From contig JAAZWY010000001.1 of the NCBI GenBank assembly GCA_014240455.1, positions 87,924-151,923 of the forward strand: a stretch of DNA of 64,000 nt. The letters run 5' to 3'. The position numbers and the translations under genes are program-made. Below, piece after piece: positions 57,525 through 64,000 of the stretch. Origin of the DNA: Nanobdellota archaeon (lineage in GTDB: Archaea > Nanobdellota > Nanobdellia > UBA10117 > ARS21). Within the stretch, counting starts at the first letter, position 1; every line of letters starts with the position of its first letter. Under the pieces are notes generated by a model. That model worked only from the letters and a program-made list of their open reading frames with translations. It was not told where the DNA came from and did no database searches.

Positions 57525-57845
57525 GTGTCTGAAAACTTTATGGATGATCTTATTGCGCGCGGATCAAAACTTTATGATTCCGAAGAATTGGCTTTAGATC
57601 CAATAATTGGTACTGAAGATGATGAAGAAACTCCAGCAGGATTAACTTTTCCAAAAGATAAATTCCGAATGGATGGTGAAGGAAATGTAATAATTTTAGG
57701 GGATTTGTATAATACCTTTCTACAGGCAGCAAGTGGTGCTGAGATGCCGGTTCAGGTTGGACCCGAAACAGAGACAGAGATTGTTGAAGAATCGGTGTTT
57801 GATAAGATCCGAAACAATCTTAGGAAATTTAAGAAATTGGAATAA
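57525..57845 (+). CDS. Hypothetical acidic protein
   Basis: ORF only. Confidence 0.4.
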   Translation: MSENFMDDLIARGSKLYDSEELALDPIIGTEDDEETPAGLTFPKDKFRMDGEGNVIILGDLYNTFLQAASGAEMPVQVGPETETEIVEESVFDKIRNNLRKFKKLE

Positions 57846-57933
57846 AAACCCCCAATTTCACTGAAAAGTAGTGTCATTTCGAAGCCTTTTTAAGTATTTT
57901 ATACTAGATTTTTAAAAGAACAAAGAGCTCACA

Positions 57934-59499
57934 ATGGATACATATAATAAACACGAAGAGGCAATGTTGGCAGATATGCATGCGACATTCCCAGAATATC
58001 TTGAAAATTCTAATACTGAAATTACAAACGAAATTGAAACAGTACAATCAAATTCACGATTTGGAACTGTTGGAAAATACGTTTTAGGCGGACTATCATT
58101 ACTTGGTCTTGCTGTGGCAGGCGCTGCAAAAGATATGGCACCATCTTTAGATGATGCAATTGTATATCACACAGACCATGCAGATAATACTCAATTAGTT
58201 CCATACGCTGGAGTAACTCAAGAAGATCCAGTTACAGATGGACAAAACATTGTTTTGAATGAAAACGGTAGAATTGTTACTGTAGATACAGAAGATAATT
58301 CAATTACACGAAGTCAAAACGCAATCTCAGGACTAGATAATCTTCAAATTAATAACGGAACAATTTCTTTCCAAACAGCTGACAAGATTTTCGCATATGA
58401 TCGCGAAGGTTTCTTGAATATTGTTGAAGACGGATATGTAGGTTCTCATCACTCAGATGGTGAACACATTCTTAGAGAAGGAAGCAACGGAGGAGTTGTT
58501 AGAGAAGATATTTCCTCAGGCGCAGAACAAGTTCTTTATGAAAATGGTTCAGTTTCAAACCTTCGAGTAGATGGCAACTTAAACCTATTTTCAGTTAATG
58601 AAGTTGTTGATAATAACACTCTTGAAAGATTAATGCTTGTAGATTCAAACGACGCAGCTAATGCAACTGAACTCCACAATGGACCAGTTAAATTCGCAGA
58701 ACTGTCTGGAGACAAGATTTATGTTGGAATTGAAAATCCAAATGATAATGCAACCGTTAACATCTTTACGTATGATGTAAATGGAAATCTAGTGGGTTCA
58801 GTAATTAACAACGTTTCTCCAAACACATTTGACATTGACCAAGGAACAATGGTTGCTGTTGAAGGAAATCAAACTATTTATGCAACAAATATTGCAACTG
58901 GAGACACACAAGTTATTGCAGATTCAAATGCAACTAAAACTAATATTGATATTGAAGGAAACGTTGTTACTTGGGTAGAAAATGGAACTCAAGTTGCTTA
59001 TGTTACAATTCCAGAGGAAACAGTTGGAAATGAAACTAATGAAACAACTTTAGAAGATTTGATGGCTGAATTAAACGCAACTCGAGATCAATTGAGTTCA
59101 GTTAATGATCAATTAAACGCTTCTGAAGCTAATGATACAGCTTACCAAGCTGAAGTTAACCAACTAACTGGTGAAATTTCAGACTTGCAAACTGAAATCA
59201 ACGGATTAGACAGTAATGCTTCTGACTATCAAACTGAAATTAACCGATTAAACGGAGATATTTCAAACTTAACTGAAAATGTTTCAGACTATTCTGCTCA
59301 ACTAACTGCAGCACAGACTCAAAGAGATGAAAATGCTACACGTGTTGGCGAATTAGAAGAAGCTTTGGATTCTGCTGAAGGAACTAGTACAATGTCTGCT
59401 TTTGTTGGAATTGCACTTGGCGGAGCAGCTGGAGGAATGATCGGTACACGATTAGCTAGTAAACCTGAAGTTGATTACGGTTCTTCTGAAGAAGAGTAA
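57934..59499 (+). CDS. Bitopic surface protein: N-terminal cytoplasmic segment, TM, ectodomain dense in N-x-S/T sequons, coiled-coil heptads, C-terminal Gly-rich TM
   Basis: More than 15 NxT/NxS sequons (NATE, NDNATV, NNVS, GNQT, NATK, NGTQ, GNETNETT, NATR, NASE, NDT, NAS, NLTENVS, NATR); coiled-coil region 59050-59400. Confidence 0.55.
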   Translation: MDTYNKHEEAMLADMHATFPEYLENSNTEITNEIETVQSNSRFGTVGKYVLGGLSLLGLAVAGAAKDMAPSLDDAIVYHTDHADNTQLVPYAGVTQEDPVTDGQNIVLNENGRIVTVDTEDNSITRSQNAISGLDNLQINNGTISFQTADKIFAYDREGFLNIVEDGYVGSHHSDGEHILREGSNGGVVREDISSGAEQVLYENGSVSNLRVDGNLNLFSVNEVVDNNTLERLMLVDSNDAANATELHNGPVKFAELSGDKIYVGIENPNDNATVNIFTYDVNGNLVGSVINNVSPNTFDIDQGTMVAVEGNQTIYATNIATGDTQVIADSNATKTNIDIEGNVVTWVENGTQVAYVTIPEETVGNETNETTLEDLMAELNATRDQLSSVNDQLNASEANDTAYQAEVNQLTGEISDLQTEINGLDSNASDYQTEINRLNGDISNLTENVSDYSAQLTAAQTQRDENATRVGELEEALDSAEGTSTMSAFVGIALGGAAGGMIGTRLASKPEVDYGSSEEE

Positions 59500-59520
59500 T
59501 TAATTGGAGAAAACTAAAAA

Positions 59521-60510
59521 ATGAAATATACTCTACCTAATTTGATTAAAGTAATTGATTCAAAAAATCAAAACTGGACTGAGGAACGTATTTCATGGTT
59601 TATTGATTCAATTAAAGAAGACGGTACTAATTATAACGCATTAACTAGGGCTGATAGAAAAGTGATTTCAGGATTTTCAGATTCTAAATTAGAAGCATAT
59701 GTTGGTTCATTATTAGGAGAACCGATTTTGAATAATGCAAAGAGCTCTTCTGAACAAATTAGAGCTGAAGCTGAACGAACTAGAAGTGAAGCAGATAATT
59801 ATTTACTGGAAGTTACTCAAAACGCACAGACTTCTGCACAACAAATTAAAGTGAGTGCAGAGACGTCCATGGAACAACTATTGGACAATGCAAAGTCTGA
59901 AGCTGAACGAACTAGAAGTGAAGCAGATATTTATTCACAACAAATCCGAGATGATGCAAGTACTGAAAGTAAAGAATATTTAGCTAACTTGAAAGCTGCT
60001 GAAGTAGTTGAGTTGTATGAAGGAAATTTACCTGCTGAATCAACTCTAATGAGAATGCCAAAAAAGGTACTTTCAGATTATGCTCAGTTAATTAGATGCG
60101 ATATCAATAATGAAATGACTAAGCGAGAGATTGTAGATACAATTAGTAATAATTATGACGGTCTTGGAAAAACAGTAATCGTTGTTCCGGATAAATCAGG
60201 TCAACTTGAGCAAATTAATCAAGAAAAAATGTCACTTGAACTTCTTGAAAATGCTTCTGATTTAAGAATTAGCAAGCTAGATGATCGAGAAAGTGACTTG
60301 CAAGATTGGGAAAACCGAATCACAGATCGTGAGCAAAGTCTTGAAGCTACACTCAACGGCGAAGAATACAAAGAGAAACAAGCTAAACGTTTAAAATTAG
60401 CTCAAAAGATGAGTTATGTTATGGCAGGAGTGGCTCTTGCGGCAGGTGCAGTATATGGTGAATATACTGGAATAACTGATTTTGTTGATTTTACTAATTT
60501 ACGAGGATAA
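59521..60510 (+). CDS. Coiled-coil protein with internal SEAERTRSEAD repeat and C-terminal TM
   Basis: 32-nt exact DNA repeat tgaagctgaacgaactagaagtgaagcagata at about 59776 and about 59903; C-terminal hydrophobic MSYVMAGVALAAGAVYG. Confidence 0.5.
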   Translation: MKYTLPNLIKVIDSKNQNWTEERISWFIDSIKEDGTNYNALTRADRKVISGFSDSKLEAYVGSLLGEPILNNAKSSSEQIRAEAERTRSEADNYLLEVTQNAQTSAQQIKVSAETSMEQLLDNAKSEAERTRSEADIYSQQIRDDASTESKEYLANLKAAEVVELYEGNLPAESTLMRMPKKVLSDYAQLIRCDINNEMTKREIVDTISNNYDGLGKTVIVVPDKSGQLEQINQEKMSLELLENASDLRISKLDDRESDLQDWENRITDREQSLEATLNGEEYKEKQAKRLKLAQKMSYVMAGVALAAGAVYGEYTGITDFVDFTNLRG

Positions 60511-60612
60511 ATTCATATTCGAAATTGGGGCGCTTGCGTCCCTCTTTCTCCGATTTTTGAAAATTGATTGAGCATAAGACTTTTAAACTATGTTTAATCA
60601 GTTGGATTAACT

Positions 60613-60687
60613 GGTCCGGTAGCGTAGCCTGGTTAGCGCGCACGACTGATAATCGTGAGGTCGCAAGTTCAAATCTTGCCCGGACCA
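60613..60687 (+). tRNA. tRNA-Ile (anticodon GAU), no encoded CCA
   Basis: Hand-folded cloverleaf: acceptor GGTCCGG/CCGGACC, D-stem GCGT/GCGC, anticodon stem CACGA/TCGTG loop CTGATAA, T-arm GCAAG-TTCAAAT-CTTGC, discriminator A. Confidence 0.85.
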
Positions 60688-60737
60688 CTCACTTCTAAAA
60701 TGAAAGAACTCTTAAATTGGAATGCTTATGAACTAGT

Positions 60738-61790
60738 ATGATTGAATATTTGAGTCAGTTTGATCCAAGATCAGTTTCAATAGGTATAGTTATTTTTTCA
60801 ATTATTCTTGCGATTCTTATGCGAAGAGTTTTGAAAGTTGTTGGTAACTTTGCAGCAAATACCAAAACACAAGTTGATGAAATTATACTTGGAAATATTC
60901 GTGCACCAATTCAAGTTTTAATTGTTACTTTCGGTTTCTTTTTCGCAGTTAAATATTCTCAACCTGCGTTTACTGTTGGAACAATTACCGTTCTTCAGAT
61001 ATTTTCAATTCTATGGATTATTGCAATAACCTTTCTTGTTTCAAGAATTATTAAGTCACTTTTTGAAGTTTATACTTATGAACTCAAGTCCAAGTTACGT
61101 CGAAAAGTTGATGATACACTATTTAATTTTTCTCGGAAGTTGATCAATTTCTCAGTTTATATTATTGCTTTATCTATTATTTTGAAGCAATTTGGAATTG
61201 AAATTACGCCTTTGTTAGCAGGATTGGGAATTGCAGGAATTGCAGTTGCAATGGCTTTGAAAGATACTCTTTCAAATTTCTTATCTGCCATTTATATTAC
61301 TGCAGATAGACCGATGAAGCTTGGAGATTATGTTGAACTGGATGCTAACACTGCAGGATATGTTGTAGATATTGGGTGGCGTTCTACAAGATTGAGAACT
61401 TGGGATCACAATTATTTAATCTTACCAAATTCTAAGATTGCAGAATCTGTTTTTAGAAATTATAATGCACCTAAAACTGAAATGACTACTTTAGTTTCTT
61501 GTGGAGTTTCATATAATTCTGATTTGAAGAAGGTCGAGAGAGTTGCATTAGCGGTAGCAAAAAAGGTTCAAAAGTCAGTAGATGGAACTATTAAAGAATA
61601 CGAACCAAGTTTGAGATTTAGAGAATTTGGAGATAGTGCAATAACGTTTACTGTAAGTTTGAGAGTTAAAAACCGGGAAAGTCGTAGCAGAGTTGTACAT
61701 GAATTCATTAAGGCTTTGAAAGTAAGATTTGATAAAGAAAAGATTGAGATTCCATTTCCTCAAATGGATATTCATATGAAGAAGGGATAG
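60738..61790 (+). CDS. mscS: Small-conductance mechanosensitive channel (MscS family)
   Basis: TM3 motif GLGIAGIAVAMALKDTLSNF and beta-domain. Confidence 0.8.
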   Translation: MIEYLSQFDPRSVSIGIVIFSIILAILMRRVLKVVGNFAANTKTQVDEIILGNIRAPIQVLIVTFGFFFAVKYSQPAFTVGTITVLQIFSILWIIAITFLVSRIIKSLFEVYTYELKSKLRRKVDDTLFNFSRKLINFSVYIIALSIILKQFGIEITPLLAGLGIAGIAVAMALKDTLSNFLSAIYITADRPMKLGDYVELDANTAGYVVDIGWRSTRLRTWDHNYLILPNSKIAESVFRNYNAPKTEMTTLVSCGVSYNSDLKKVERVALAVAKKVQKSVDGTIKEYEPSLRFREFGDSAITFTVSLRVKNRESRSRVVHEFIKALKVRFDKEKIEIPFPQMDIHMKKG

Positions 61791-61902
61791 TTTTTTATTG
61801 ATTCAATAGTTACTAATTTTATGCGAAGTGGTTGTCTCTTCTTATTCTAAAGAACTTTTTTTCTAGACATAATTATTTAAATCTTAAGGCGGTCTTAGTC
61901 TT

Positions 61903-63402
61903 ATGACCAATTTGATTAAACTTGCTGAAATGCTACAGGATTCTGAAATTACTATTTTGAAGAGTTTGGCCAAGAGAGAATTAGTTGATGCTCATAAAGA
62001 TTTGACTAAATCAGAATTTTATCGTAGTGCAATGTATCTAGAGAATAAGAAATTAGTAGATATTATTAGAGCTGAAAAGCAAGTTGTAGTTATAGATCGA
62101 AATGGAAAGACTGCTTTAGAAGTTGGTTTACCTGAATTACGATTGCTTGAACTGCTTCGAAAAGAAAGTTTATCTTTGAGCGAGGCGGAAAAACGTCTAG
62201 GCTCTGATGAACTTAGATTTGCGATGGGTTACAGCCGAAAGGCAGGATGGGTCACTATCGATAATGGAGGATTAAAAATTACTGCAGAAGGTCGAAAAAT
62301 TAAAACTAGTGAAGAATCAAAATTATTGAAGAAAATTGGTAATGGTGAACTTGATTTAGATAAAATTGGAGAGTTACAACATGCTTACGTTGTTTTATCC
62401 AAGCGAAAGAAAATGATTTCTACAATTCCTCGAGTTAGCATTCATTTGAGAGGAAATGCTTTAGGTTCAGAAGTGCTTAAATTCTTGCCAAAAGGTAAGC
62501 GAATTGAGCGTTTAACTCCTGCTATGCTTAAATCCGGTACATGGAAGAACGCCACATTTAGACGATATGATGTTGAAGCTCCAGTTCCTACGGCAGATAT
62601 AGGCAAGAAGCAATTATATTTACAATTCCTTGATGATATTCGATTAAAGATGGTTGAATTAGGATTTGAAGAAATGGACGGGCCTCTTATTGAGACTCAG
62701 TTCTGGAATTTTGATGCACTTTATCAACCTCAGAATCATCCTGCTAGAACTTGGACTGATACTTATCATTTGAATAGCCCTAAATTTGGTAGACTTCCTG
62801 AAGGAAAGATTGTTGATGCAGTTAGAGCAGCGCATGAGAACGGTGGGAAAACTGGTTCTATTGGTTGGAAGTATTCTTGGAATCGAGATATTGCAAAGCA
62901 ACTAATGCCTCGAGCTCATACTACTTCAGTTTCTGCTAGAAAGATGGCTGGAGATTTCAAAGTCCCTGGAAAATATTTTACAATTGGTCGAGTTTTTAGA
63001 CCTGATGTTCTTGATGCAACTCACTTAATTGAATTTAATCAATTAGAATTTATGGTTGTTGACGAGAATTTGAATATAGGAAACTTGATGGGAGTTTTGA
63101 AGAAGTTTTCTGAAGAGTTTGCAGGAGCAACTAAAGTTAGATTCCTTCCTGATTATTATCCATTCACTGAACCTAGTGTTCAGATTGACGGTTATTCTCC
63201 CGAATTGAGAAAATGGGTTGAACTTGGTGGGGCTGGAATATTCAGACCTGAGATTACAGAGAGTTTAGGAATTAGTGCACCAGTTTTAGCTGGAGCATTT
63301 GGAATAGATCGATTATTCCAGAAGAAGATTGCAAGCAAAGATATTCGAGAATTATTTAGTGATGATTTATCTTGGTTGAAACGAAAGGAGGTAATTTTGT
63401 AA
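61903..63402 (+). CDS. pheS: Phenylalanine--tRNA ligase alpha subunit (archaeal)
   Basis: Class II motifs FNFDALYQPQNHPAR, RAHTTSVSAR, FRPDVLDATHL.EFNQLE, GAGIFRPE. Confidence 0.9.
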   Translation: MTNLIKLAEMLQDSEITILKSLAKRELVDAHKDLTKSEFYRSAMYLENKKLVDIIRAEKQVVVIDRNGKTALEVGLPELRLLELLRKESLSLSEAEKRLGSDELRFAMGYSRKAGWVTIDNGGLKITAEGRKIKTSEESKLLKKIGNGELDLDKIGELQHAYVVLSKRKKMISTIPRVSIHLRGNALGSEVLKFLPKGKRIERLTPAMLKSGTWKNATFRRYDVEAPVPTADIGKKQLYLQFLDDIRLKMVELGFEEMDGPLIETQFWNFDALYQPQNHPARTWTDTYHLNSPKFGRLPEGKIVDAVRAAHENGGKTGSIGWKYSWNRDIAKQLMPRAHTTSVSARKMAGDFKVPGKYFTIGRVFRPDVLDATHLIEFNQLEFMVVDENLNIGNLMGVLKKFSEEFAGATKVRFLPDYYPFTEPSVQIDGYSPELRKWVELGGAGIFRPEITESLGISAPVLAGAFGIDRLFQKKIASKDIRELFSDDLSWLKRKEVIL

Positions 63403-64000
63403 TGCCAACAATTGATGTACACAAACAAGATTTGGAAGAACTAGTAGGTAGAAAGTTTACTATTGAAGAACTTGAAGAATCTTTGAAGTTTGTCAAAGGT
63501 GAAATTGACGGAGTTAGTGGTCATGAGTTGAAGATTGAAATTAAGTCAACAGATCGACCAGATCTTTGGAATGTTGAAGGAATTGCTCGTGTGTTAAGGG
63601 CTCATTATTCCAAGAATCAAGGTATTCCGAAATATAATGTAATTAAACCAGAGTTGACTATTAATGTATCTGAGAAAGTTAAGAAAGTTAGACCATGTAT
63701 TGCTGCTGCGATTATTCGCGATATTAAAATTGATGATGATATTCTGAAACAATTAATTCAAGCTCAAGAAAAGATTGCTGGAACGTTCGGTAGGCGAAGA
63801 AGAGAAGTTGCAATTGGAATTTTTAACTTAGATAAAATTGTTCCTCCACTACTTTACACTGCAACAAAACCAGACGGTTTGAAATTTGAACCTCTAGATG
63901 GAGAACGGAAAATGACTCCTGCTGAAGTTCTTGAAATTCATCCTAAAGGAAAAGAGTTTGCACATTTAGTAAATAGTCATGATGTTTATCCGATTATTAT
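63402..64000 (+). CDS. pheT: Phenylalanine--tRNA ligase beta subunit, 3'-partial (runs off window)
   Basis: MPTIDVHKQDLEELVGRKFT...IKSTDRPDLWNVEGIARVLRA archaeal PheT N-terminus; ATG overlaps pheS stop (TAATG). Confidence 0.85.
   Translation, partial: MPTIDVHKQDLEELVGRKFTIEELEESLKFVKGEIDGVSGHELKIEIKSTDRPDLWNVEGIARVLRAHYSKNQGIPKYNVIKPELTINVSEKVKKVRPCIAAAIIRDIKIDDDILKQLIQAQEKIAGTFGRRRREVAIGIFNLDKIVPPLLYTATKPDGLKFEPLDGERKMTPAEVLEIHPKGKEFAHLVNSHDVYPII

Noticed and set aside
60494-60688. 64-aa minus-strand ORF (MVRARFELATSRLS...)
   Set aside because: Lies antisense across tRNA-Ile (60613-60687); the classic spurious tRNA-antisense ORF.

Overview
This window is AT-rich (about one third GC), densely packed, and clearly archaeal. 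It has a DPANN-like character: small genes, a GluRS that looks truncated to its catalytic core, and a fragmented 'exosome superoperon'. The DPANN assignment is inference only.

Most of the window is housekeeping:
- **Aminoacyl-tRNA synthetases:** GlyRS, GluRS catalytic core, TyrRS, a class I enzyme best matching ValRS, and PheRS alpha plus the start of beta.
- **Translation factors:** aIF2-gamma, aIF5A and aRF1 (carries the NIKS motif).
- **Ribosomal proteins:** L15e, S2, L7Ae-S28e-L24e, and an L40e gene that the ORF track missed.
- **RNA processing:** a minus-strand block psmA-SBDS-rrp4-rrp41-rrp42-rpoK-rps2, plus dispersed RNase P subunits Pop5 and Rpp30, tRNase Z, the tRNA splicing endonuclease EndA and a beta-CASP nuclease.
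- **Other identifiable genes:** an archaeal histone, a class II (B12-dependent) ribonucleotide reductase next to a PduO-type cobalamin adenosyltransferase, thioredoxin reductase, glutaredoxin, VKOR, an extracytoplasmic thioredoxin-like protein, glutamate dehydrogenase, oligoendopeptidase F, inorganic pyrophosphatase, MscS, TsaC, an IscA fusion with ferredoxin, and one tRNA-Ile(GAU).

Six parts look accessory or unusual:
- A head-to-tail triad of secreted CARDB-like repeat surface proteins (1-5125). The third carries a cytoplasmic tail of about seven '(R/K)FSDWLMEED' repeats and is translationally coupled to an unknown 243-aa protein.
- A roughly 200-nt GC-rich block of tandem hairpin repeats bounded by an 18-nt direct repeat (about 24091-24290), a candidate ncRNA or DNA element. 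It sits beside a PD-(D/E)XK + DEDD exonuclease fusion gene, and together they split psmA from Pop5.
- A MacB-like ABC transporter with a COG1361-like secreted partner.
- An amino-acid permease fused to a SAM methyltransferase.
- An N-glycosylation-sequon-rich membrane protein paired with a coiled-coil membrane protein.
- A 34-aa single-TM peptide translationally coupled on both sides, between aIF2-gamma and the thioredoxin-like protein.

All family calls come from motifs read in the translations; no database search was possible.
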